A stretch of 31,951 bases of DNA from a virus (Duplodnaviria > Caudoviricetes): positions 1-31,951 of the IMG/VR virus record IMGVR_UViG_3300011334_000313; one strand, written 5' to 3'. The notes beneath the pieces are model-generated. The model saw only the letters and a program-made list of their open reading frames with translations, was not told the DNA's origin and made no database searches. Both the position numbers and the translations under genes were made by a program. Position 1 is the first letter of the stretch, and every line of letters starts with the position of its first letter. This document shows positions 9,487 to 18,423 of the stretch, piece after piece.

Positions 9487-12400
9487 TTATCTTACTTGTG
9501 TTACTGTTGTTATTATTGATGTTACTGCTGGTATATTTCCTGTCGGTGCATTGTAAAGTAATACCGCATCACCATTTGCTGACTGCCATACCAATTCTAT
9601 ATAATCACCTGCGTTTGCAGTAACAACATAGTTCCACGCTGCCATTAACTCATCATTATTTGAAAGTGTTACTCTACCAGCAGTGTCAGGAATATTTGTA
9701 CCGTTCTTCTTTAACCAGAACCATACGTCATCCGCACCAGTGTCAGCTAATACCTGTGCTGAAAATTGTATATTATAAACACCTTTATTTGCTAATGTTA
9801 TTTGAGTACCTGAAACTACTGAAACACCTTGTGATATATCTGTTACATTATAGTTAATTGATTGAGAAACATTCGCACTACCTGATTGTGTTTGTGTTGA
9901 GTAGAATGAACCAACATTAAATTGTAGATTACCACCCACTCTCAATGAACCACTTACCACTAAATTGTTTCTAATATCAGTTGCTGCGTTAATCTGTAAT
10001 GTTTGTAATGATGGTGTACCATTAAACTTACCCCAAAATAACGAACCACTTCTTGACGCATCAACATTACCTCTATCTTTTGCATCTAAATAGAAATTTT
10101 CATTTCCTAATTCATATCTACCAGCAGACGGTCCAATTGCAAGATTACCAAAACCCGTAACATTATTTTCTAATGATAAGTTACCAATACCAATATTTCC
10201 TGTACCAGTTGTATTTTGATTTAAACTTCTAACACCAATAGCCATATTATCGGAATTGCTATTATTAACTAATGTTGCGTTACCGATTGCAGTATTATTA
10301 GACCCCGAAATATTTAATTGTAGTGCAACACTTCCTATCGCTGTATTTTGATTACCATCAACATTTAATTGTAGTGCACCATTACCGATTGCTAAATTAT
10401 TAAAACCTACTGTATTATTAGTTAATGTAGTTGGACCTATTCCCACGTTACCACTAGCAACGTTATTTTGTAAAGCGTTTGTACCAATAGCTACAAGGTT
10501 ACTACCTGATAAATTATTAGCAAGTGCTGATGAACCAATTGCAATTACATTTGTTCCCGCACTTGTTTGTTTTGTTAATGTATTAAAACCAATACCTAAG
10601 TTTTGTCCTACATCAGTTGGTCCTCTCCAGAAGTTCATATTGTTAATTGAACCTGATGTTAATATGCCACCTGTTACAAATAATACAGTATTATTTGAAT
10701 TGTTATTTGTTACCGTTAACGAACCTGATATTGATTGTGCTGCACCTGCAAATGAACCTGTTGTTATTAATCCGTTTCTATCAGTTTGTGGAGTTAAACC
10801 ATTTATTTGTAATGAACCTGATATATTAACTGAACCTGTAAAGTTTGAGTTATTATTACTATCAATACGTAAAGCGTTTCTTCTACCATTATCAGCAACA
10901 CCTGAACCAACAACAAATATTGTCTCTTGTGAACTTTCTTGTAAAGAACCAGTTGCGTTAAATCTACCAACTATAACTGTACCGCCAACAATACTACTAA
11001 GGTGTGACGCTGAAACAATTAATCCTTGTCCTATTAATCCTGTTGAAACTAAATGTCCGGCTGTAAATGAACTTGTACCAGGTATATAATTTGAGTTAAC
11101 AATATTATTATTACCTATAATTGTGTTATTATTAAATGTTCTTCTTACTGCACTATTAGAACCTGTTACTACAATAGTATGTCCAAAACCACCAATAACA
11201 TTACTATTTACGTTAATATTATTAACAGCATTTGCAACTGATGATGAATAGTTATTTGTAACTGTTATACCACCACCAATATTATTTGAGAAGTTAATAG
11301 ATGAACTATTGTGATTTAATGTTGTTGCACCATTAATTAAGTTACTTTGATTAATTGGACTTACCCCTAATGTTGTTGTATTAGCTATTGAACTAAATGT
11401 ATTATTAAATAAATTGCCAACCATACTTATACTACCGCTTCTATGTTGTATTGCGGTGGTTGTATAAATAAGGTTATTTGATATATTCGGTGTACCTACT
11501 GAGTTTGTTGTAAATTCTAAATTTAACGCACCATTAAGTTGGTTATTATTTATTATAGGTGACATAAGAGAACCTGTTACCAAACCTGGTATTGTTGTAA
11601 CAATATTATTATTACCATTTATATAACCATATATTGTTCCTGTTTGTGCTGGTGTGCTATTTCTTGTTGGATTTAGTAAAATGTTATTAGAACCTGTAAT
11701 TTGTATTGAACCTGTTGCTTGTGATGATTGTATTGTACTTGCAAAAACTGGCATAAATAACAAGTTAGATGATGATATTGGCAATGAACTTGTTACATTC
11801 AATTTGAATGAACTTGACACCATTACTTCGCTTGATAGTTTTATAAAGCCGTCATTAATAACATTACCAACTAATGAACCAGATATAACTGTCTCATCTA
11901 ATACTAAACTACCTGTTATATTTTGTGTGCTTGTTATTGAACCTGTTGTTATAAGACCTGTATAATCTACTAGACCGCTAGTTCCTGATGAACCACTTGT
12001 TCCACTAGAACCTGATGTACCCGACGTGCCACTAGAACCTGATGTTCCTGATGAACCTGCGGTACCTGCTTCACCAAACGCAATACATTGTACATACATT
12101 TCTAATAATGGATTTGCTATTGGACTAACATTATCTAAAATAATTCTAAAACCATTTGCGGTTTTATTTTGAATTTGTGGTCTTCCATCCCAACTTTCCC
12201 AACTTGTACTTCCTGTTAAATTGCCAGTTGTTCCTGTATTAGTACAAAATGTAGTTCCTGTATAATTAAATGTAATTTGTGTGTCAATTGAATAACCTGT
12301 TGAAGAAAATGGTACGTCAAATACTAAATCATAATAAGAATAATTACAAAAACCTGTTACTATAACTTCAGTAAAATCATTTATGTATAGGTTATAGTTT

Positions 12401-13110
12401 TTAGCTATTAATCCTAATCCATTAACACCACTCGTTCCTGATGTTCCAGCAGTACCGCTTGAACCTGACGTGCCACTTGAACCTGATGTACCACTTGAAC
12501 CACTCGTACCTGATGTTCCACTTGTACCTGAACTTCCACTAACTCCTGACGTTCCTGATGTACCAGAACTACCGTTAAATCCACTCGTACCACTTGTACC
12601 TGAACTTCCACTGCTACCACTTGTTCCAGCTGTTCCTGATGAACCTGATGTGCCACTACTTCCGTTTAAACCCGAAGTACCTGACGAACCATTAGACCCT
12701 GAAGAACCCGATGTTCCACTAGAACCTGATGAACCGTTAAATCCTGATGTACCTGACGTACCCGAAGACCCAGCAGTTCCACTTGTTCCGCTACTACCAT
12801 TTGCACCGCTTGTTCCTGACGAACCGTTGCTTCCTGATGTACCTGAACTACCGTTGCTTCCGGATGTACCTGATGTTCCACTTGAACCTGAGGTTCCTGA
12901 ACTACCTGATGTAGAACCGGTAAACGGTAAATTATTTACAGTAAATGACCCTGATATATTCACTTGTGTAAGTGACATTTGTAATGGACTATCTGAACCA
13001 TCACCAGCTTCTATTGTTTGTAATGTACTTGTAAGACCCGTAGCACTGTTGGTCATCTTCAAGAGACCCTGAAAACTACTACTTACATATAAATTATTTA
13101 GTGCACCCAT
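9487..13110 (-). CDS. Tail fibre/adhesin: (GSS/GTS)n repeats, Asn-rich beta-solenoid, YadA-head-like repeats, C-terminal C1q/TNF-like domain (1207 aa)
   Basis: Gly every third residue; 14-aa N.AIG..AL..N..G repeats at about 10120-10600; C-terminal GVYNIQFSAQ...WLKKNG...AAWNYVV...GDYIELVW. Confidence 0.75.
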   Translation of the reverse strand: MGALNNLYVSSSFQGLLKMTNSATGLTSTLQTIEAGDGSDSPLQMSLTQVNISGSFTVNNLPFTGSTSGSSGTSGSSGTSGTSGSNGSSGTSGSNGSSGTSGANGSSGTSGTAGSSGTSGTSGFNGSSGSSGTSGSSGSNGSSGTSGLNGSSGTSGSSGTAGTSGSSGSSGTSGTSGFNGSSGTSGTSGVSGSSGTSGTSGTSGSSGTSGSSGTSGSSGTAGTSGTSGVNGLGLIAKNYNLYINDFTEVIVTGFCNYSYYDLVFDVPFSSTGYSIDTQITFNYTGTTFCTNTGTTGNLTGSTSWESWDGRPQIQNKTANGFRIILDNVSPIANPLLEMYVQCIAFGEAGTAGSSGTSGSSGTSGTSGSSGTSGSSGTSGLVDYTGLITTGSITSTQNITGSLVLDETVISGSLVGNVINDGFIKLSSEVMVSSSFKLNVTSSLPISSSNLLFMPVFASTIQSSQATGSIQITGSNNILLNPTRNSTPAQTGTIYGYINGNNNIVTTIPGLVTGSLMSPIINNNQLNGALNLEFTTNSVGTPNISNNLIYTTTAIQHRSGSISMVGNLFNNTFSSIANTTTLGVSPINQSNLINGATTLNHNSSSINFSNNIGGGITVTNNYSSSVANAVNNINVNSNVIGGFGHTIVVTGSNSAVRRTFNNNTIIGNNNIVNSNYIPGTSSFTAGHLVSTGLIGQGLIVSASHLSSIVGGTVIVGRFNATGSLQESSQETIFVVGSGVADNGRRNALRIDSNNNSNFTGSVNISGSLQINGLTPQTDRNGLITTGSFAGAAQSISGSLTVTNNNSNNTVLFVTGGILTSGSINNMNFWRGPTDVGQNLGIGFNTLTKQTSAGTNVIAIGSSALANNLSGSNLVAIGTNALQNNVASGNVGIGPTTLTNNTVGFNNLAIGNGALQLNVDGNQNTAIGSVALQLNISGSNNTAIGNATLVNNSNSDNMAIGVRSLNQNTTGTGNIGIGNLSLENNVTGFGNLAIGPSAGRYELGNENFYLDAKDRGNVDASRSGSLFWGKFNGTPSLQTLQINAATDIRNNLVVSGSLRVGGNLQFNVGSFYSTQTQSGSANVSQSINYNVTDISQGVSVVSGTQITLANKGVYNIQFSAQVLADTGADDVWFWLKKNGTNIPDTAGRVTLSNNDELMAAWNYVVTANAGDYIELVWQSANGDAVLLYNAPTGNIPAVTSIITTVTQVR
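11975..12915 (-). repeat. Two G-X-Y (GSS/GTS/GSN) coding repeat blocks (about 12420-12915 and 11975-12070)
   Basis: SSGTSG repeats with a 9-nt period and synonymously diversified codons. Confidence 0.9.
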
Positions 13111-13131
13111 ATCTATTATATTAATTTTGTT

Positions 13132-14145
13132 TTATACATTTTCCCATTGTTCTTTTATATTCTTCCATAATCTATCTACTTGTGACCACGTTAAACCTGG
13201 ACTGAAACTTGTTGTTGGCAGTACACATCTATTGTAGTCAAACTTTTGTTGAATGGTTACTATTAAACTCCATCCACCCAATCCTGTTTCCGTTGCTTGT
13301 AATACAGGGTTAAGTGTTGCGTTCCACACTACTTCATAATCAGACAAATACGCTTTTGCGTAAAAGTCTTTCATAATTTCTAATGTGTCTGATAATACAT
13401 CCTGTTGATTTGATAAGTCATCCTCAATCCTATCCATACATCTAACATCAAAATTAATGTCCATTTGGTTTTGGTTGAGTGTTGTTACCTCAGGTATAAA
13501 ATATAAACGTGGATATAATGGTTCCACTTTTGTTTCAATGTCATCTATCAATTGTGTTACATCACCGAAGCCATAACTATTCACTTGTTCGTGTGCTGCT
13601 GCAAAGTTCTTCCAATCCTTTAATATTTGATAATAAGAACTAAACGATTGGTCTTGACCAAATCCATAATCATCTACTATTGGTAAATCACAACTGTTAT
13701 AATCAAATGGAACTGTTAGTTTAAGGTGTAAGGTCCATCCACCGAGAACGGTGCTAAATCGTTCTGTAAATGGTACTACCTGCGGTGACCAATCTCCTAC
13801 TGCTATTTTACTAAAATCTCCACTCTCATACGTATATGATTGATAGAATATTGTAAATACATCCGACGCTAATTCTAATGTGTCAGACATAACGTCATCT
13901 AAATTGGATAGGTCATCTTCAACTCTATCCATAAAGACAATCCCAAAATTATAGTGGATGTGGTTCTGATTGAACTGCACCTGTTCAGGAACAACATACA
14001 TACGTGGGTATAATGGTTCCTTTTTAGTTAGTATATCGTTTGTAATTTGTGTATAGTCACCCCAGCCAAATGATTTAATCTGTTCGTGGTGGTACGCAAT
14101 ACTACTGAAATACGTTAATAATTGTTTATAGTTAATTGGGTTCAT
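13132..14145 (-). CDS. Tail terminator-like protein made of two tandem homologous domains (337 aa)
   Basis: The pattern HEQ..S.G.GD.TQ...DI.TK.EPLYPR.Y..PE....NQN...NF....MDR.EDDLSN..DV.SDTLE occurs twice; position after the tail chaperone. Confidence 0.6.
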   Translation of the reverse strand: MNPINYKQLLTYFSSIAYHHEQIKSFGWGDYTQITNDILTKKEPLYPRMYVVPEQVQFNQNHIHYNFGIVFMDRVEDDLSNLDDVMSDTLELASDVFTIFYQSYTYESGDFSKIAVGDWSPQVVPFTERFSTVLGGWTLHLKLTVPFDYNSCDLPIVDDYGFGQDQSFSSYYQILKDWKNFAAAHEQVNSYGFGDVTQLIDDIETKVEPLYPRLYFIPEVTTLNQNQMDINFDVRCMDRIEDDLSNQQDVLSDTLEIMKDFYAKAYLSDYEVVWNATLNPVLQATETGLGGWSLIVTIQQKFDYNRCVLPTTSFSPGLTWSQVDRLWKNIKEQWENV

Positions 14146-14152
14146 CTACTAT

Positions 14153-14160
14153 TAAATATA
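14153..14160 (-). promoter_or_regulatory. TATATTTA promoter-like element 7 nt upstream of ATG 14145
   Basis: + strand TAAATATA in a short intergenic gap. Confidence 0.5.
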
Positions 14161-14185
14161 TGTTTTGGTATTTCGTCTCCTGAAA

Positions 14186-14490
14186 TTAAATTATATTATT
14201 GGCTTTTTTATACCTCTTAACCTCTTCCTTGTCTTTCTCTATAAGATAGGACAACATATTTAAGGCTTCGATAATTCCTTTCTTAGTGATGCTATTGTGT
14301 CTTGTAATATCATCATTTGCAATTCTGTTAAGAACAAGGTACCATCCGAATTTCTCTTCCATAGATTTGTCCATATTCTCTTTCTCCATTTCCATACGAA
14401 CTTTATCTGCAGCCAGCTTATTCTCATCCACATCTTCAAAGATATTGGGGTATTTTGCGAATAGGTCCTTGCGAAATGAATAAAAAAAAA
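14186..14490 (-). CDS. -1 frame extension of the tail assembly chaperone (gpGT-like C-terminal part)
   Basis: The -1 frame is open from the T9 run: YSFRKDLFAKYPNIFEDVDENKL...EEKFGWYLVLNRIANDDITRH...LSYLIEK. The ORF-track start at 14431 is only an internal GTG. Confidence 0.8.
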
Positions 14491-15012
14491 CTGAGACCCC
14501 AAAGCGTACTCCACATTCAATTTGTCTCTAAACAGTTCTGCACGTTCCTCCATCGTATGGACATTGTACTCCTCTATCTCAAACTTATGTTTACCCTTAT
14601 GTTTAGTTATGGGTCTGTATAATATTGCAGTGATTATATGTAGGTAGTTTAGAAACTCCTCAGGTTTTTTTGTCATAAGAGTGTCAAGGTCAGCAAACTC
14701 ACCAAACGACATATTCTTCCACGATGGAATAAATCCATACTCAATACCTTGAAATGTAAACTTATCTGCAAACGCTGGTTCTTGTGTTGGGATTATCTTT
14801 AATATCTCCATTGATAGAGTATTAATCACATCCCTGTTTGCTTTCATTAGCAACTCCATCGGTGCACCAGTAATTATATTAATTAACTTAACCGAGAAAT
14901 ACTCATCCTCAAATAAATCCTTTACCTTGAATATCTTTACATAATCACCTATTGTTAGGTAGTATGGTAGTTTATATTCAACTCCTTCTAATTCAAACGT
15001 TACTTTTTTCAT
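14260..15012 (-). CDS. Tail assembly chaperone (gpG-like, 250 aa)
   Basis: YGFIP....MSFGEFADLD...LHIITAILYRPI motif and a slippery GSQFFF codon run. Confidence 0.75.
   Translation of the reverse strand: MKKVTFELEGVEYKLPYYLTIGDYVKIFKVKDLFEDEYFSVKLINIITGAPMELLMKANRDVINTLSMEILKIIPTQEPAFADKFTFQGIEYGFIPSWKNMSFGEFADLDTLMTKKPEEFLNYLHIITAILYRPITKHKGKHKFEIEEYNVHTMEERAELFRDKLNVEYALGSQFFFIHFARTYSQNTPISLKMWMRISWLQIKFVWKWRKRIWTNLWKRNSDGTLFLTELQMMILQDTIASLRKELSKP
14482..14490 (-). other. Programmed -1 ribosomal frameshift slippery site (CAG TTT TTT TTT A)
   Basis: Nine consecutive T on the coding strand; a -1 shift joins the two overlapping ORFs. Confidence 0.8.
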
Positions 15013-15013
15013 A

Positions 15014-16378
15014 TTATCTTATATTGTTTATTGATGTATATGTACTACCACCGACAACACCTATCGCATATCTTCCAGTGGCTTTTTGGTTCTTTATATG
15101 GAAATACATTCCCATCATAACCGCATCAGATAAATCGGGTGACTTACCTAATATCCTTTTCATATCATCTTTTGATTGCACTGCAACCTTATTATCTTTA
15201 TCTACGTCTTTCAATTTAACTGCTAATAGTTCTTGTGTTAGTTCATCAACCAAACTACTATCCAGTATATTAATACTTATTTTTCCTTCTTTAAATAGTT
15301 CAGCCAATTTAGTATAACATTGTGACTTTAAATTGCTAAAGTTCTGGTCGTGTAGTGCTTTACTATTGTTTACGAAGTTAACACCTCTAACCTGGTCCGC
15401 AACACCACCACCAACACCGTCACTATCGAGGACAACTTGTTGTGGGTGTACCTTCCATTTAGCTATTAGGTCCTTAATTTCGGCACTTAATTCTACGGTG
15501 GATAGTTTTCTATACACAAGTATTTCCACGATAACTAGACCGTTCCAAACCACCGCTACGGACCTGTCATCACCGAACCTACTTACGTCCACTGAAATAT
15601 ATCTCTTATCATTTGGATTTGGTGTGTGCTTGAACACCGAGTTGGTTATACTATCTAAATCAAACAACGCATTAATGTCATCGGTATATCGCCAGTTACC
15701 CATTAATAATCTTTCTCGTTGTTGTTGCGGTAATTCTTTTAACATCTCAATATAAGATGCTGGTAAGTGTGGATTATCCATCGGTAATGATGGTATAAAA
15801 ACTTTATTACTATCTAATGTTCCTTCTTCATACGGTAAATAAAATCTTTTAAATAACCAGTTCTGTCCAGGGTTTGATGTAAGTAATATTTTAGGTATTA
15901 ATTTATACTCATTTAATTTGTAACGAATACGTGACTTTAATATTGAAAACGTTGTCTCACTTATCTGTACAGCTTCATCCACATAAACTGCCGTTAATTC
16001 CAACCCACCCAAACTATCCTTGTTAATATCCGAAGGTTTGTCTTCTAAATCTTTTAATATAATCTCGCTACCGTTATAAAACGTAAGTACATTTGATTGT
16101 GCGTTATATGTGTAGTGTGTTTCTGATGTAAGACCCATAAACTTAGGTCCTAATACTTCTAATAAGGTTTTAAATGTTGTTTGTTTAAGTGTAGCTAATA
16201 CTGTTCTACCTATCAGTGTTCTAATACCAGGGTATTTTAAACACAACGTTACAATCCAAATACAGCCTAGTGTACTTTTAGAACCACCTGCACTACCACC
16301 AAAACATATCTCGTTGGTTACATCATCAGTCAAATATCTCCACGCAATTGATTGTTTAGGTAATAGATTAATCTCCAT
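15014..16378 (-). CDS. terL: Terminase large subunit
   Basis: Walker A GGSAGGSKS, Walker B VYVDEA, coupling motif TSNP, RNaseH-like nuclease motifs ISVDVSRFGDD / DSDGVG / SPDLSDA. Confidence 0.95.
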   Translation of the reverse strand: MEINLLPKQSIAWRYLTDDVTNEICFGGSAGGSKSTLGCIWIVTLCLKYPGIRTLIGRTVLATLKQTTFKTLLEVLGPKFMGLTSETHYTYNAQSNVLTFYNGSEIILKDLEDKPSDINKDSLGGLELTAVYVDEAVQISETTFSILKSRIRYKLNEYKLIPKILLTSNPGQNWLFKRFYLPYEEGTLDSNKVFIPSLPMDNPHLPASYIEMLKELPQQQRERLLMGNWRYTDDINALFDLDSITNSVFKHTPNPNDKRYISVDVSRFGDDRSVAVVWNGLVIVEILVYRKLSTVELSAEIKDLIAKWKVHPQQVVLDSDGVGGGVADQVRGVNFVNNSKALHDQNFSNLKSQCYTKLAELFKEGKISINILDSSLVDELTQELLAVKLKDVDKDNKVAVQSKDDMKRILGKSPDLSDAVMMGMYFHIKNQKATGRYAIGVVGGSTYTSINNIR

Positions 16379-17087
16379 ATAAAAAGTTGTACGCAGATAG
16401 GTCTTCTATATCTTCGTTATGACCTACTTCATTATCCCATCTATCTCGGTCGTGTTGTATTTCACAATCCACTCTACCTCTTTCACATCTTAACATCCAG
16501 TCTTCTCTTGTCTTATTGTGGTAGTGATTTAACACCGCAATATCTGATGGTCCGTTATGGTTGAATGGTCCATTAAATCTTTTACCATTTGTGTCCATTG
16601 CCGGACCGTGTGTATTGTGTGGTAACATCATCCTTTCTCCTGACCTTGCGTTTACTATAACCTTGATGTGTTCATTTGTATTGCTGTTTCTTTTTGGAAA
16701 CATTTTAAGTAATGAATTGCAATATCTATTCTTCAGGTCCATATTACCAAACATAAACCAGTTCAGTCCTATTACATTTGTCTTATCCTTATAGTCATTG
16801 ATAAAGTCTTTTATATTATCGTGTTTCTTTAATACCAGAAACTCATCGCAGTCAAAAAAAGCAATCCAGTCATATTCTGTATTTTGTGCTAATACGTTAT
16901 TATATAATGGTACTTGTATAGACCTACCATCACATATTTCTTTTTGTAGGTATGGTTTCTCTATATCTGTTCTCCAGTCGTTCTGGTACATTATAATTTT
17001 ATCAAACCCTAATTTGTGGTTATACTCTAACCATTCTTCTAGGTAGTAGTCTTCCCATTTTGCTACGCATACTAACGCTACTTTCAT
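16368..17087 (-). CDS. Glycosyltransferase, GT-A fold (GT92/GT2-like, 239 aa)
   Basis: AKWEDYYLEEWLEYN..LGFDKI..Y.ND and WIAFFDCDEF (DxD) motifs, plus LNHY. Confidence 0.85.
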   Translation of the reverse strand: MKVALVCVAKWEDYYLEEWLEYNHKLGFDKIIMYQNDWRTDIEKPYLQKEICDGRSIQVPLYNNVLAQNTEYDWIAFFDCDEFLVLKKHDNIKDFINDYKDKTNVIGLNWFMFGNMDLKNRYCNSLLKMFPKRNSNTNEHIKVIVNARSGERMMLPHNTHGPAMDTNGKRFNGPFNHNGPSDIAVLNHYHNKTREDWMLRCERGRVDCEIQHDRDRWDNEVGHNEDIEDLSAYNFLYGD

Positions 17088-17088
17088 A

Positions 17089-17262
17089 TTATTCTTTTAC
17101 TTCTTCAGGTTTAGGTATGTTATATTTAACCCTTATTTGTTCCATTATTACTGCAATCTCCTCAGGTGTCTTACCTTCAATCCTTTTAAAGAATTGGTCG
17201 TTAATCTTTTTCTGTAATCTTTCCTGGCTTCTTTTAAATCTTCTATTTGGTGATGTTGACAT
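17089..17262 (-). CDS. 57-aa basic hypothetical protein (not in ORF track)
   Basis: MSTSPNRRFKRSQERLQKKINDQFFKRIEGKTPEEIAVIMEQIRVKYNIPKPEEVKE*; exactly fills the gap between the two GT genes. Confidence 0.75.
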   Translation of the reverse strand: MSTSPNRRFKRSQERLQKKINDQFFKRIEGKTPEEIAVIMEQIRVKYNIPKPEEVKE

Positions 17263-17266
17263 AATT

Positions 17267-17866
17267 TTAATTGTGTACGTAAAGTATTTTATCTATATAT
17301 TTTATTTTACCTTCAGGGAACCTTGCGAGATATTCTTCAACGAACCAATAGTCCGCTTGTTCCAGTTCTGTTTTAAGTTCTAATTGTTTACCCTTATCTG
17401 TCCTAACCATAAAGTTACCAATATCAATCCTACCATATTCTGTTGCACATTTAATAGGAACATAATCATCATTCACCCAGTTATGTACCATATTGCAATA
17501 AGCGAAATGAACGTCATCATTATCCTTTACCGCAGATAGAAAGTTCTCTACGAATGTTGGTACGTAGTAGTTGTCCTCTCCGGTCATAATAACCCATTCT
17601 TCCGTTGCTGCTTTAAGACCTATATTACGTGGAGTATGACCCCAGTCATTATATCTTATATCTGTTACCGAGAACTTAATCTTATCCTTATGTTCGTCAA
17701 AAAAAGCTATAATATCTAAATACCTTTCCTTAATATCTTCGGGTGGACAATCTGCTACCACGTGTATTTTCCAGTTAGGATTTGTTTGTGCAACGATTGA
17801 ACTGATTACTGTTATTAGTAAATCTACTCTTTTATGTGTTGGTATTACAAACTCTATCTTATCCAT
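17267..17866 (-). CDS. Glycosyltransferase family 2 (likely start at ATG 17866)
   Basis: FVIPTHKR...AQTNPNW.IHVVAD...GHTPRNIGL.AA..EWVIMTGEDN; TAATG coupling to the upstream methyltransferase stop. Confidence 0.85.
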   Translation of the reverse strand: MDKIEFVIPTHKRVDLLITVISSIVAQTNPNWKIHVVADCPPEDIKERYLDIIAFFDEHKDKIKFSVTDIRYNDWGHTPRNIGLKAATEEWVIMTGEDNYYVPTFVENFLSAVKDNDDVHFAYCNMVHNWVNDDYVPIKCATEYGRIDIGNFMVRTDKGKQLELKTELEQADYWFVEEYLARFPEGKIKYIDKILYVHN

Positions 17867-18423
17867 TATATATATTTTATCCAACTATTATCTTTAAACA
17901 CTTTATCAGGTGCACCGAACATTTGATTAACCGCTTCATATACTCCAACCAAATGTGGTATTTGATTTGTGTAATCGTGACCACCAATTACTCCACCTTC
18001 TTTTACTAATGGTAAGTAGTTGATAATATCTGTTTTAACACCGTTATATGTATGTAGTCCATCGATATAGATAAAATCGTATTTTAAGCCACCTAATTTC
18101 TCCACTGCGTCATCGGAGGTAGAAACTATCGTCTCAATGTTTTGATGGTCACCAGTGCGTTCTAAATACGTTTCGTATACATTTTTAAACTCAAACATAT
18201 ATGACGTTGGGTCAGCAGGGTCATAGTCTGCAAGAAATGGGTCTATCGCTATTACTTTCTTAAATGACCTAGCAAATAGTACCGTACTTTCTCCTACGAA
18301 TGAACCTATCTCTATCATCGTCTTCTCAGAGTTGTCTCCTAATTCTTTTATCAGGTCCAGTAAACCTTCAGTGCTGGTTGCATCTCGCATCCAGGTTTGT
18401 TCTTTATTTGTTGTGTATTTCAT
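17866..18423 (-). CDS. Class I SAM-dependent methyltransferase (Methyltransf_24-like)
   Basis: IEIGSFVGES, IAIDPF and DFIYIDGLHTY..VK.DI...LPLVKEGGVIGGHDY motifs; no DPPY/NPPY or PC motif of DNA MTases. Confidence 0.9.
   Translation of the reverse strand: MKYTTNKEQTWMRDATSTEGLLDLIKELGDNSEKTMIEIGSFVGESTVLFARSFKKVIAIDPFLADYDPADPTSYMFEFKNVYETYLERTGDHQNIETIVSTSDDAVEKLGGLKYDFIYIDGLHTYNGVKTDIINYLPLVKEGGVIGGHDYTNQIPHLVGVYEAVNQMFGAPDKVFKDNSWIKYI

Noticed and set aside
11975-12915. Possible CRISPR array or DGR template in the repetitive DNA
   Set aside because: It has 9-nt coding periodicity with synonymous variation, no repeat-spacer structure, and no reverse transcriptase or cas genes.
12414-13072. 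Pro/Val/Glu-rich 200-aa + ORF and alternative-frame ORFs over the SSGTSG repeat
   Set aside because: Stop-free by-products of the repeat. The same applies to 2865-3164, 10640-11089 and 11654-11965.
17866-18423. DNA methyltransferase / restriction-modification with the nuclease-like gene
   Set aside because: It lacks DNA MTase catalytic motifs, and its motifs match small-molecule/sugar O-methyltransferases.
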